Below, one piece after another: positions 1-14,000 of a stretch of 64,000 bases of DNA. The first letter of the stretch is position 1; each line of letters starts with the position of its first letter. Source of the stretch: Octopus vulgaris (Eukaryota); contig OX597814.1 of NCBI GenBank assembly GCA_951406725.2, forward strand, positions 69,564,001 through 69,628,000, read 5' to 3'. The notes beneath the pieces were generated by a model. That model did not search any database, was not told where the DNA came from, and saw only the letters and a program-made list of their open reading frames with translations. Position numbers and translations under genes: made by a program.

Positions 1-765
1 AGCTGATTCTTTTGGTTTCACAAAAGGAACTTTGCAGACTTTGCAGAATGGTCTTTCCTGATACTTCTCAACCATGGTGGCTCTAAAAGCAGTACTTCAC
101 ATTTGCTTCCTGCTTTGCATCCAACTCAGCACTACGTATCCTAGTTAAAATTTTCCCAAACTATCTCCCTCCACTACTTTAGATTCATCAGTACATACAA
201 ATAAGTACAAAAGTACCTCCAGTTGCTTCAAAGTGACTCTTGTAGTGACACTTCCATTACTTCAGGGCCAGTCCATATCATTGTGAAATTCTTCTTCCTT
301 ACTCTCACTACAGGGAACTATTCTGATTTTCTAAAATGCATAAAATGGCTGACCCCCAGTTGACTATCTACTTGTTACTCTCACTTCCACCATCTCATTC
401 CAAGTAGAGAAAGCAGTCATTAACAACTACATTATCTGATAGTTTAAACACTTCTCTCTCCTTGATGATCATCTTTCACAAAGAAAATGTAGAAACCTGT
501 TTTCCTATAGTCCTCACTGGTAGGCATTACAAAGACTGTACTTCTTTTCCAGGGCCAGAAAATACATCAGCTCCCAAAAGTTACTAATTTTATACAAAGC
601 TCAAGTAAGACCCACATTTGGAACAGGATTATTACTACATGTACAGACAGTCCAAAGTGCATCCAAACCTAAGCCACTCAACAGACTGGAATGAAGTCAT
701 TTATCTTCAAGTCTTATATTATTACTCATGTTTTTCCTGCAACTGTGAACTGGCTTTAGGATAAC

Positions 766-975
766 GCAGCAAGTGGGCAGAATTGTTAGCATAATGCTTA
801 GCAACAGTTCATCTGTTTTTATGTTCTGAGTTTAGATTTCTTCGAGGTTGACTTTGCCTTTTATTCTTTTGGTGCTGATAAAATAATTACCAGTTGAATA
901 CTGGGGCTGATGCAATCAACTTACTCCCTCCTTGAAATTGCTAGCCTTGTACCAAAATCTGAAACCAATATTATT
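766..975 (+). mobile_element. tRNA-derived SINE (family with central GCCTTTCATCCTTT..GTCGATAAA..TACCAG domain), diverged
   Basis: Collinear similarity to the copies at 49574-49800 (+) and 2437-2650, 44770-44972, 49966-50178 (-). Confidence 0.7.
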
Positions 976-1454
976 GGCTTTGGGATTAGAGGAAGAAGAT
1001 AGCATAGCTCCTACCTCCAGACCAAACATAAAAGTGCCAAAAGGAAATCTAGTGGGAAAACATATTTAAGAAGTGAATTTCTTATGTGCGTAATACAAAT
1101 TCTTTACCAATATTAATTCAATATTACTTCATAGCGAATTTGAATGTGTGTGTTGGTATGGGTATTTGAGAGAGAGGGGGAGAGAGAAAGAGGGGGAGAG
1201 AGAAAGAGGGAGAGATAGAGAGAGGGGGAGAGAGAGAAAGAGAGAGAGAGAAAGAGAGAGTTTGGGTGTGTGGAATTTGAGTTTACAAACTTATCCAGAC
1301 TCAAAAATTGTATAATTTTTGCCAATGCTGATCACTACCAGTTTCCTCAAACCTTGTTTTCTACATGTTATAAAGATGTGTGTGTGTGTGTGTGTATAGA
1401 TAAATGCATCAAGCTAAGTAAAATCATGTTAACCTAAGTAAAACTGTTGCTTCC

Positions 1455-1722
1455 ACACATACCAGCTTGTCCTTTCAGGTGCTGGTACCACATAAAAAGT
1501 GCCCATGCTGGTGCTGCATCAATGTGCCCATGCTGGTGCTATGTAAACACACCTGTGCCAGTGTTAAGTGGTTGGTCTTAGGAAGGGCATCCAGCTGTAG
1601 AAACCATACCACAACAGACAAGTAGAGTCTGGACAGCTCCCTGGCTGGCCAGCTCCATGTCAAACCATCCAACACATGCCAGCATGGAAAGTGGATGTTA
1701 AATGATGATGATGATGATGATG
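1455..1722 (+). mobile_element. RTE-LINE 3' tail fragment with 24-nt repeats and (GAT)n tail
   Basis: ttaggaagggcatccagctgtagaaac...catgccagcatggaaagtggatgttaaatgatgatg, shared with all RTE 3' ends in the window. Confidence 0.75.
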
Positions 1723-1766
1723 TGTGTGTGTGTGTGTGCGTGCATATGTACGTATGTATATCTTAC

Positions 1767-2059
1767 CGATCAGTCAGTGGAGTTATAACAAGTCGAGGAG
1801 TATTTCCTAAATATTCATGACCATACTGAAACTGAGCATCACAAATGTTGGCAAAGCAGTCTTTTTCTTTCTCATCCCAGCGGTGTCGTAGTTGTGACAG
1901 CCAAGTAAATGCCTGTGCACTGTCTATTTTTGCAGAAATTAGTTTTGCAACCACATCACGTGCATGTACATCAATAGTGCATATAGTCATTATTTTCTGA
2001 CGATCCCCTTTGCTTAGATCTCCAACTAACATATTGATCAAAGCATTAAGTTGGTTGAC
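1767..2059 (-). CDS. Dynein heavy chain exon (293 nt, VNQLNALI...[10 protein letters not shown])
   Basis: Acceptor tttttcag, donor GTAAGA at 1766, ends in phase 2. Motifs DVHARDVV and [16 protein letters not shown] (start of AAA1 region). Confidence 0.95.
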
Positions 2060-5000
2060 CTGAAAAAAATTTAAAAGATGTTTACACAAGAGATATCAAG
2101 GGGTTTGAAATTTGACTATTGTCCCTAAGGATATTAAAAGCTCAGAAACACAACAGTAAATTAAGTCAAGTTCAAAATTACAGGCTGAAAATTCTTTCAG
2201 TTGACATGCAATATGCATAGCTTCCAGTCAAGCAGTTGACTTATATTTCTTTATGATGTAATTATTGCTACAGAAACTAGTGACCAATATGATCCATTCA
2301 GTGATTTATAAAAGCAGTGTAGATTCTTAAGAGAAACAGGCTTATGTTAGGGAAACAACAACAACAACAACAGCTGCTGCTGCTGCTGCTGGTGGTACTA
2401 CTGCTGTGAATGCATATGTGAATACAAGGTGATATAATCTTTCTACTCTAGGCACAAGGCCTGAAATTATGGAGGAGGGTGCCAGTCAATTAGATCGAAT
2501 TTAGTATGCAACTGGTACTTAATTCATCAACCCCAAAAGGATGAAAGGTAAAGTTGACCTCAGTGGAATTTAAACTCAGAACGTACAGACAGACAAAATA
2601 CCACTAAGCACTTCACCCGACGTGCTAACATTTCTGCCAGCTCGCCACATACAAGGTGATATAACACCAATGCTATTGTTATTAACATTACTTCTACTGC
2701 CAATCAACAAATGTATGAGCCCTTTGTTGATATATTGTCATTCTCCTATTATTTAGGAGGTATAATTTCTAGCTGAAACCATTTCCGTTCAAATACATAT
2801 AGGTAAGTCAACAATATCACAATTTCTTTTTCCCCACCCACTAAAAATCAACTATAGTTCTATGGCTGAAAAATATAATTTAGTTCTTACCCCAAATTAA
2901 TAAGAATAAAAGTAACACCAATTATAATATATATTCTAAGCTTATTTAAATTAAGCTTCTTTATACAGATATCTGTATAGAGAAAATCTCAGCAAAATCA
3001 TATACCAATACAGCAGTATTTGAATGTGACTTAGATAGAAATAATTATACGGGTATCAAATTGTTGGATCAGGTGATGAAAGACACAGAGAGGGTCATAG
3101 CTCAGCTAATTAGGGACAGGGTTAGTCTAGTTGCAATGCAGTTTGGTTTTGTGTCAGGGAGAAGTACCACTGATGCTACATTTCTGGTAAAGCCACTTCA
3201 GAAGTACCTAGCCAAAACCAAACCTCTGTACTTGGCTTTTGTTGACACAAATAAAGCCTTTGACAGGGTCCCATGATCCCTTATCTGGTGGTCAATGCAG
3301 AAACTAGAGATAGATGAGTGGTTGGGAAGAGCTGTACAAGCCATATACAAGGACGCTACCAGTAAGGTGAGTGTTGGCAATGAGTATTGTAATGAATTCA
3401 GGTTACAAGTAGGGGTTCACCAGAGATCAGTCCTCAGACCCCTCTTGTACATCATAGTCCTCCAAGCAATAACAGAGGAATTTAAGAAGTGCTACCCCTG
3501 GGAGCTCCTCTATTGCTGATGACTTTGTTCTTATAACTGAATCACTACCAGAACAGGAAAAGAAATTTCAGGTGTGGAAACAAGATCTGGAATTGAAGGA
3601 TTTCAAAGTTAACCTAGCAACAAACAAACTTTTAGTAAGTAGGAAAGCAGACAAATCACAAATCCGTTCAGGTAGATGACCCTGCTCAATCTCTAGGAAA
3701 AGCATAGGTAGAAATTTCATAAGAGGTTCCCAGTGAAAGCTATGGACACGTAAGAGGTGCAGCAATATCAGAAGAAGGTTAACTGTTCACTGGAAAAATA
3801 GGTTTTGTGTGCAGAAGGTGACTAGGTACAATAAACACTAAAAATGTACAGAAAATAGACTCCATCTATTACGCCAGGGGTGTAAGCTAGAAGTAGTTGA
3901 TAGTGTCTGTTATCTAGGTAACCAAGTCAGTAGGGGTGGTGGATGCTCTGAGAACATAGCTGCTAGAATAAGAATAGGCTAGGCAAAGTTCAGAGAGCTC
4001 CTACCACTCTTAGCTAAAAAGGGCCTCTCCCTCAGAGTGAAAGGCAGCTTGTATGATGCTTTTGTTGCAAACAACTGTGCTACATGGCAGTGAAATATGA
4101 GCTCTGACCACTGAGGACAGAGAGTATGTGTCTTGAGAGTTGGACATAAGAAGCATCAGATGTGGTATACAAAGGAGATGACTGTGCTGGTATGGTCATG
4201 TGATGTCTATGAACAAGGACAGCTGTGTAAAGAAGTGCTGATCTTCAACTGTGAAGGGAACCTGTGGAAGAAGTAGTAATAGGAAAACATGAGACAAGGT
4301 GGTGAAGCATGATCTTTGGGCGTTAGGCTTCACAGAGGCAATGACTAGTAACCAAATCCTTTGGTGATATGCCATGCTTGAGAAGACCTATCAAGCCAAG
4401 TGAAGTCATAGTCGTGGCCATTACCAGTTTCATGTAACTGGCACCTGTGTGGGTGGCACATAAAAAGCACCTGTCAAGCATTGGGCCTCATGGGGTAATG
4501 TGGCCAATGCTGGTGTTGCATGACTTGCACCTATGTTGGTGGCATGTAAAAATGTCAGACCCCATGGATGCAAAGACAAATGACCAAGACCTTTGACAAT
4601 ATGTGATGCTTGAGAAGAAGACCCATCAAGCCAAATGAAATTGTAGTCATGGTAGATACTGGTGTCACACAGCTGGCACCCATGCCAATGTCATGCAAAA
4701 GCACCCATTACACTCTTGGAGTAGGTGGCATTAGGAAGGGCATCTAGCCATTGAAAACATGCCAAATCAGACTAGAGTCTGGTGCAGCCCCTCAGCTTAT
4801 CAGCCCTGGTCAAACTGTTCAACCCATGCCAGCAGGGACAATGGACGTTAAATGATGATGATAATGATGATGATGAAATAGTTTTATAGTAATTGAATAA
4901 CAGTCATTAGATTAGAAAATACTATAAAACTACTATAATAATGTAGATATTTCTGAAATGTAAGAATAAGCAGTAAATGCTTTTCTATTGGTGAAGTTAG

Positions 5001-8000
5001 GCAAGACAAATGTGAAATGTGCTATGTCAGGATAATGCCTTATTATATTTAGTTGCATGTCTCAACTTTCCAAGTTTAAATCTTTCAGCCCTCTGCAATC
5101 AATAAAATAACTACCAGTAAGGATACCAAAATGAACTGAATTTACAAGAATTCTGTCATAGAAAACTTGGACAATGGAAGGAATCAATGCTATTTACTGT
5201 AATATTGGGTCAACCCATAAATAATGTGGGTTTTTTTAATTGAATGAACTAAAAGATGGAGGGGGTCAGGATAAACTACCTACATCAACTTGCTATAAAA
5301 GCTGGTAGTAATTTTACCTTGAACTTATTCTTAGTGCAACTTTTGAAGAGTGCAGTTTGATTTTAACAGTTACTTTTTCAAAGCTATAATGGAAGGGACA
5401 AAGGAGAATATTTGGCATATTTTGCTTTATGACTTCAATAAAGACAACAATGCAACGGAAAGTGCAAGGAATATTAATGCAGTATAGGAGTATCAGACAA
5501 TAAGTGTAAACTAGTGTCAACAGTGGTTCCAGAAATTGCAAGTTGGAAACCACAGCCTAAAAGACAATCCTACAAACCCTAGTGGAACAAAACAGTTGAA
5601 GAATTAGCAGAGAATCTTGGATTTGGTCATTCAACCATTCATCGACACCTGCATGCGATCAGAAAAGTCAGGAAATTGGGCCAATGGTTCCTCACAAACT
5701 TTTCAAGTCTAATTGCATGCAGGGAGTGAATGTGTGATCTTCTTTGCTGTCATGTCTCATGAATGAACCTTTTTTATGAATAGTGACTAGCAACAAGAAA
5801 TGGTTTCTCTATAAAAATGTCAAGCACTGAAGACAGTGGGTAGGGAAAGGAGAAACACTGGCAGCCCAGGCTAAAGAAGATCTTCACCCATGTAAGGTGT
5901 TGTTATCTGTTTCGTGGGATATGAAAGGTTTTTTAGTCCACTTTGAACTTTTAAACCTGCAGCATAAGCCAACGCAAGAAGTAAAATGACCATCTTTGGT
6001 TTCAACACGAGAGGTGTTCTTCCATCAGGATAATGCTCGGTCACATACAGTGAGTATGACGTTCCAAAGGTTGGAGCAGTTTGAATGGGAAATGATGCCC
6101 CACTCACCATATTTGCCAGACATTGCCCCATCTTATTATCATTTATTCCACAATCTTCAAAATCATTTGGGCAGAAAAAACATGTAGATGAGGTCAAAAC
6201 AGTACTGGAGGAGTATTTTTCATCACAGACAAGTGAATTTTGGAAGAGCGGCCTTGCAAGTGTACCAGATAGACTATTACATCATTTAGTTCCAATTTGA
6301 TGTTTTGTACATATTCAAATATTAGAAATAGGAAATTAATATTCAGCAGAATTACTTTTGTCAATGTCATGTAAATGGCACCCATGAAAATGTTGCCAGC
6401 AGGACTGGATTTAAACCATCAGGGGTCCAGAGCACTTCAAGTTTGATGGACCCCTTATACACAAGAATTAAAATCTTTTCCAGTTTCCAGTATGGGTAGG
6501 TGGGGTTACTGCACTTTTGACTTTGAATAAAATATATTTTTTACAAATGTTCACTTCCTTGCCAAAACTATATCAGCTCTCTAAATGTAGTAAAACTTAA
6601 AACATATTCAGAACACTATTTCAGAAAATTATCACTGTTCTCTTTGAGCATATAAGACAAATTTAGGTGGAGCAAAATGTGTAAGACAAGATAAGGTAAA
6701 TCTGCCTCTCCAGTTTTCCAGAATTACATTTGAGAAAAGACTCACACACATAAACATCCATCCTAAGATGTCAGAAAGATCATAAATGCAACAAAAATTT
6801 TAAATATCTTGGTCAAATGAAAGCAGAGCATGGAAAATATAGCATGTTATAAAATTAATGAAACTCAACATAAAATATTCTCTGCTGGAGTAGCTTTCTT
6901 CAATAATATATTTATTATGCACAATGCAGTTAAAGAGAAGTAATTATTAAAATTAGTCATTACTCATTCTACCCCAATTTGACTTTTTGTTTTAAACCTG
7001 ACAATTACATTGGTCAACACAATTTTTCTGCTGGGGCAAGAAACTTTTTTTCTTTGCTAATTTTGGGGTGCTGAATCCAAAAATGACCTCCATTTTCTCC
7101 CATCACATAAGCTGTATAAAACATTTAAAAAAAAAAAAATCACAATTTTTAACTAATAATTTTATTGTGTCCTGATATTTCTAAATACTATTTTTAGTTC
7201 TTCAAGCTATAACAATGCAAATTAGCATCAAAACAAACACTATAAACATTAATATTGTGCAAGGAGAGTATACGCCTGTGGACAAAAGGTACTCAAACCT
7301 CCCTTAAATTTGGGATTCTGATGATATGGCATGCACCGGAGAATCATCATGATGATTGCTACTTTTGTATGGTTAGCTTGGTTGGATTCAACAAGAACAA
7401 AAAGAAAATATCCTACCCCTCCATCCCCTCTGCTATTCAGCCTGTACGACATTCTAAAGATTTTCCAGTTCCAGTTTTCAAGGGATTTGCTGATATTCCT
7501 GTTTCCATTGTAGTCATATGACATGCTCAAGAACCAGAGTACGAGGAGATGACTGAAAGCAATTCTAACCCTAATTTTGATAATGCCAGTCAAGCTGACA
7601 GTGATTTTGACTGTTTCGAATCAGCAAATGAACCAAAACTGTTCTATCAAGATGAACTGAGTAACTTAATTTAAGATCTGAATTTATCAAAAGAGTCAGC
7701 AGAGATGTTAGCATCACACCTTCACGAGAAAAATTTGTTAGCAGTTAAAACAAATGTCACTTTCTACTGCAACTGAGATGCTGAGTTCACCCCATTCTTT
7801 GAACAAAACAATGATCTTGTGTTTTGTAAAGAAATTGAACAATTACTTCTTAGATTGGGCATTGATGAATATGATGCTTGTTCATGGTGGTTATTTATCG
7901 ATAGTTCAAATCGCAGTTTGAAGTGTGTACTTTTATACAACACTAATGTGTATGCTTCTATACTGATTGGACACTCTGCTACATTGAAAGAAAAGTACCA

Positions 8001-11000
8001 GCTGATAAAACAGGTGATGGAAAGTATTAACTACTCTAGTCATAACTGGATCATTTCGTCGATTTAAGAATGCTACACTTTTTACTTGGATAACAGTCTG
8101 GCTACACAAAATACCCATGTTTTTTATGCTTATGGGACAGCCGTGCCAAAGAGCAGCACTGGGTGAAAAAGGTTTGGCCTGTTCGGGAAGAACTGAAACA
8201 TCATAAATCCTTCAATTGTGTCAAAAGAGAAAATAGTCTTTCCTCTTCTCCACATAAAACTGGGTTTAATGAAACAATTTGTGAAAGCTCTAGACAAGGA
8301 AGGTCATTGCTTCAAGTATATTGGTGAAGTATTTCCTGGTCTCAGCATTGAGAAGCTGAAAGCAGTTGTTTATGATAGACCTGATATATGAAAACTTATT
8401 CAGGATGAGAACTTCGTAAGCAGTTTGACTGTCCTAGAGTCAAACGTGTGGAATGCATTTGTAGCTGTTGTTAAAAACTTTTGGGGAAGTAAGAAGTCAG
8501 CAGACTTGTTGAACATATGCTGACATGCTATCATGCTCTCAGAGCTAACATGAGTATTAAAGTACACTTCCTTCACAGTCATCTAGACAGGTTTCCTGAA
8601 AACTGTGATGTAAGTGATGAACAAGGAGAGCATTTCCATCAGGACATCAGAGTGATGGAAGAAAGATATCAAGGACGTTGGGATATTAGAATGATGGCAG
8701 ACTACTGTTGGAGCATTAAAATGGACAGCCCAGAGACCAATCATTCACGCCAATCACAAAAACGGAAATTTATTCCATAGCTGTCAAGATCCTTGCTGGA
8801 ATGACTTATGATGATTTGAAGTTCTTTACTAAAATAGTATTTTCTGACAAATGTGATTTTCTTATATTGTGTTTTCAAATATTTTTTTCTTAAATAATGT
8901 CTTATATTTGTGTTTCTGTCATGAACATTAAGCATGTCCTAGACCTTGATCTATAGGGAAATTGCAAAAGTAGTCCTACACCAGCCCGTAGTACCCAATG
9001 ATGTGGGCACTCTGACCTGGGACAGATCCTGAATCCTTCATGTATCTTTTCCTCTATCTATCTATCTAACGATCTTGAATAATGTTAGAGACCATTTGAA
9101 ATGCACTTTGCTTTGATTTGCAATACCAACATTATCCAAACAATAGTCATAAAACAGTAAAAACTAGTCGATTTTTACAAAAATGGCTAAAAATGCCAAT
9201 GTCAAAAGCAAGTAAAGTAGACAGGATGGGTAAAAATAGTTGTGATTTTCAGAATCAGTATGCTCAAAAATGATATATTTCACCTAAAATATACCCAAGC
9301 AGAGGACAAAAGTTTTTGTTTTTTTTTTGTTTAGCTATCTCAATTACAATCAGGTCAAATTTGAGGAAACATTTCTTTAAAAAAATAGTACCTGTCACCT
9401 GTTTCAAACACTCAATTTCAACAACTACATAAACTATACTGACCAATTTTCACTCCCAAAGATGATGCAATGGTACAAAATGGGGATGCAATAATTGTAA
9501 TGTAATGGTTTCAAACAAGTAGAGAGAGAATAACAAGAAATCAGAAATTATTCATTTTGATCAAGTTACCAATTTTACCCTGCTTCCATATAGTAATTCC
9601 AAGTGTTTGAGAGAATGATAAAAAAAATATAGGAAAAAATAAAAAAGAAAAAAATGGTTTGATTTAAAAAACATCAAATCTATAAATCTGAAATGAGAAA
9701 GTTTGTTTGTTTGTCTGGTTTTGGCATTGGAATGGTTTAAAGAGCACTAGATCACGTCAGATTGACTCCAAAATTTACAGGGACATGTAAATTAGGTGAG
9801 GATGTGAGTGGGCTAGGTTAGAAATCCCTATCTTAAAAGGTGTGGTTACTAGGGCAAAAAATACACACTTTGACAAGTCTTCTCTCATTCTCTTATCTGT
9901 CTGTCTTCCTCTGTCTCTCTCTGTTTCCTCCCTTCCCTTCACTTTCTCTCTATAACAACATTTGACAGCTACTACTATCTTTCCCTCACCGCCTCCCTCC
10001 CCCCTCTCTCTCTCTGTACGTCTGTCTGTATTCATAGAGAGTTTTATTATCACCACCACCACACAATCATGAGAACAAATATTATGAATCCAATACTTAT
10101 TGGGTTAATTTATATATGTGTATGTGTGTGTCTGTATCTATATATAAAATGGGGTCTAAATGGGGCTGGAAGGGGATTCAAATTTACAAGAGGGGTAACT
10201 TGAGGGGGGAAATTGATTGGGAGACGTTTTATGGTGCTACAGTGGTTGCTTTGGTGTGAAAACTGGGATTTTATTGATTTTGGGGGACACTTGGTGGTCT
10301 AGATCGGACACCTTTTGCCCAATTTCAATCAAATTTTCAACATGGTAAGGTGGAAGCAGATTTGTAATTTAAACGCGGAAATCTAATTTTTTTATAAATG
10401 GCATAGAGATAGATAGAGAAAGATAAAGAGTAAGAGAAAGCGAGGGGAAAATCCGAAAGGAAGAGTAAGAGAGTGGGAAAATGAGAAAGGATAGAGAAAC
10501 AAAGAGGGAGAATGTGGCGATAAGAAAAGAAAGTAACAACCACAACCTCCCCCACATGTAGAGCGGGTCACCTTAAGCTAGTCTAAATATATATATGCAA
10601 TAATTCTAAAGCCAGTAAAGAATGCTTTTAGCTGTTGAAAGATGTAATTTTATAATTAAAACTAAATTCAAAATTTTAATTTTGGAACATAGTGGCTGTG
10701 TGGTAAGTAGCTTGTTTACCAACCACATGCTTCTGGGTTCAGTCCCACTGCGTGGCTCCTTGGGCAAGTGTCTTCTACTATAGCCTCGGGCCAACCAAAG
10801 CCTTGTGAGTGGATTTGGTAGACGGAAACTGAAAGAAGCCCGTCGTATATATGTATATATATATATATGTGTGTGTGTGTGTATATTTGTGTGTCTGTGT
10901 TTGTCCCCCTAGCATTGCTTGACAACTGATGCTGGTGTGTTTATATCCCCGTTACTTAGCGGTTCGGCAAAAGAGACCGATAGAATAAGTACTGGGCTTA

Positions 11001-14000
11001 CAAAGAATAAGTCTCGGATTCGAGTTGCTCGATTAAAGGCGGTGCTCCAGCATGGCCACAGTCAAATGACTGAAACAAGTAAAAGAGTAAAAGAGAGAGT
11101 TACTTGTTACATAAAATAAGACCATAAAATGCCACACTGAAATAAGTTTGGAAGTAGAAATGTGTGTATGTGTGCGTGTGTGCACGTGCATGCATGCATG
11201 TGTGTCCATGTGCCTTTAGTAGCAATCAGTCAAGTCAAAGTAATTGTTCATGAAAGAAGGAAATTGACCTTGAGACAATAACTTCTTTCTTTCAATCTCT
11301 TTATCTTTATATACATTCATACTTACACACATACACAAACTCACATACACTCACAAATACATATATACATTTTCAGGAGTGTTCTGTTGTTTCCTTTCTC
11401 TCTGTCATTGTCCCAATGTTTTTTAATTGAATAAATTGGTGCCTCTAAGGTGGCAAAATTTATGGTTATTTATCATAAAAGAGAGTCCATTATATTTTTT
11501 AAGAAGTCAAGATAGCTTTGTATACTGAAAGAGAGCCACTTCCTGCCTGATTGCTGGGAGGTGGTGGGGGCTTCTGTATTGAGTGCTACATACCCTTCAT
11601 TGCAAGGGCCTCCAATACCTAGCAGATGCCTGTAGTAATTGACCCCTATCCCTAATAAATCTGGCCTTGGTTTTCAGTGTCATGTAAATGACACTAGAGG
11701 AATGGTAGTCATGGCCATTGCCAGTGTCATGTAAATGGCACCTGTGCAATTTACTCTTGGAGTGGTTGGTATTAGGAAGGGCATTCAGCTGTAGAAACTA
11801 AGTCAAATCAGACTGGTACCTGGTACAGCTCTCTGGCCTATCAGTTCCAGTCAAACCGTTTTACGGATGCCAGCATGTAAAGTGGATGTTAAATGACAAT
11901 GATGATGATGATAATGATGATGTTTAATAAGAATCTGAAAACAGAATTATATGCTCAGTTGTCCATTATTCTAACACTAAGTAATTATTTCATGCTTGGA
12001 TATGGGAAAACAACATGAACCATATCAAGTATAATTTAATTATAAAAAAAGCAAAACAGTTACATAACATGAAATATCTTTTTCTTTCTTTCAACACTAA
12101 TTTTCGTCACATGAACATTTACCTGCTTCTTAAAATAGTCCTTCATAGCATTTTCATAACCTTCTTCAAGTCGAACAAATGCCATGTTAACATCACTGGT
12201 CCACCAGATCTGTGTTCCACACAAAGCAACTTGAGCTGGGAAGTCGAATATCCAACTCTCTCGAGGTTTTTCTTCATATTCAGCCACAGCAATAGTCATC
12301 TGAAATCGTACTGTATTTCTCATGTGATCTAACACGTTATTCAGCCAGATCTCAACCTAGAAAATTAAAGCTTTGTTTGTAGCACACTTTGTGACCACAT
12401 TATTTTAAAGGTTACTGATTCTGTCTCTGAAGCCCAACAACTTGAATCTTACCATACCTTTTTTTTTTTTTTTTTTTTTTGGGTTTTCCTCTGCCACCCA
12501 TACTTTCTTGAAGAATATCAATGAAAGTTCAATCAAAATAAAGTTTGGATAATGGCAGTTATAATTATCATGGCTGCATTTCAGAAGATAAAACCTCTGA
12601 ATTTGCTTATGCAGCATTCCTACAATAATACCCAATAGTCTCTTCTAAGTAAGCTTGTGCTTGTTTTAAGTTTAATTTTCCATGCTAACATAACTTAGAC
12701 AAGAATTAATTTGTACTTTTTCCACATGCCTATTTGCAGTTAGAAAATAATGATCAGGAACACAGTGAAACACAAGTGAGAGGATACTTATCTTTCAGCT
12801 GGCTAGCCAACATGTACGAAACTCTCTTTTTCTCATATACTAAATCATTATTGCAGTTTCCTTGTTTTTGATAACAATTTTAAGCAGTATTCTTCAACAT
12901 GACTAACTACCATGTTTGCAGCATTAGTATTCAATCTAAATTGCCAATTTGGTTTTTCCCAAGAATAGTGTACCCCACACTACATTATCCAATGCTGTCT
13001 GAAGGAGATTTGGCAGCTATGTAGTGGTACCCTTACTGGTGTTATTTAGTGTTATTTGTCTGAAATCTCTTGTCACACATCTTGTGATCTCTCAAGCAAC
13101 TCTCCATCCCATATGTCTCCTCCCATAGAATTTGCAAAGTGTGCTACTATTTCAGGTACATATAATCAAACTAACAACAACTTTCATATAGTTAGATCCC
13201 AATAATATTTGAAGCAAGAGAAAATTTATTGTCACTCTAACTGTGGATGAGACTGATTTCATTTAATACTCATGTTGTTCCCAACTCAGGTTCCCTCTCA
13301 TAAAACTATTACAAAGGAAACCCTTGGACAGTTCAAATTCTATTCTTTTAAACTGTTTAATTTCTTCACTTTATAAAATAAAGAGAAGAGAGAATGAATT
13401 GGAATATTGTCATTGAAAGCCAAACCAACACCTACAATGTGTATCAAACAAGCCTTGTCACCTGTACTAGGATAGAAAAATTTCCAGTTTCACTTGGACA
13501 GTTAAATTTGCAAGATCTTAGATAACCTAACAACACCATAGGACACACAGAAAAGGCCTGAAATTACAAATTCTCTAACCCACCCAACAAATATCAGTAT
13601 AAACTATATTAATGGCAGTGTCTTTACCTGTTTCAGACAAAGATATTGCAATAAGAACTGAAAAAATACATATTGCCTATCTATATTTTTATACATAAGT
13701 TTAACACCTGTTATCCATACAGATCTCTGGAGGGTTTGTAATAAAGGTTTGGTTCCTATTTGAATCATTTTACTCTACTTAAGTGGTGTCCTATAGTTTC
13801 CAGTCCAAGAAAAAGTAGGTTCAGTCCAGTTAATTTGCCTCTGACAACAAGAAGACAAAAGTTTTACAGTAATTTAATAATAATTTAACATATAATAAAT
13901 TTTTGCTATTATTTCCATAATACAAATTTGAAATTAAGTTATGAACTTCCAAATAATTTTGGAACTCCAATATAAGAAATTCTTACCTGTCCAGAGCAGT

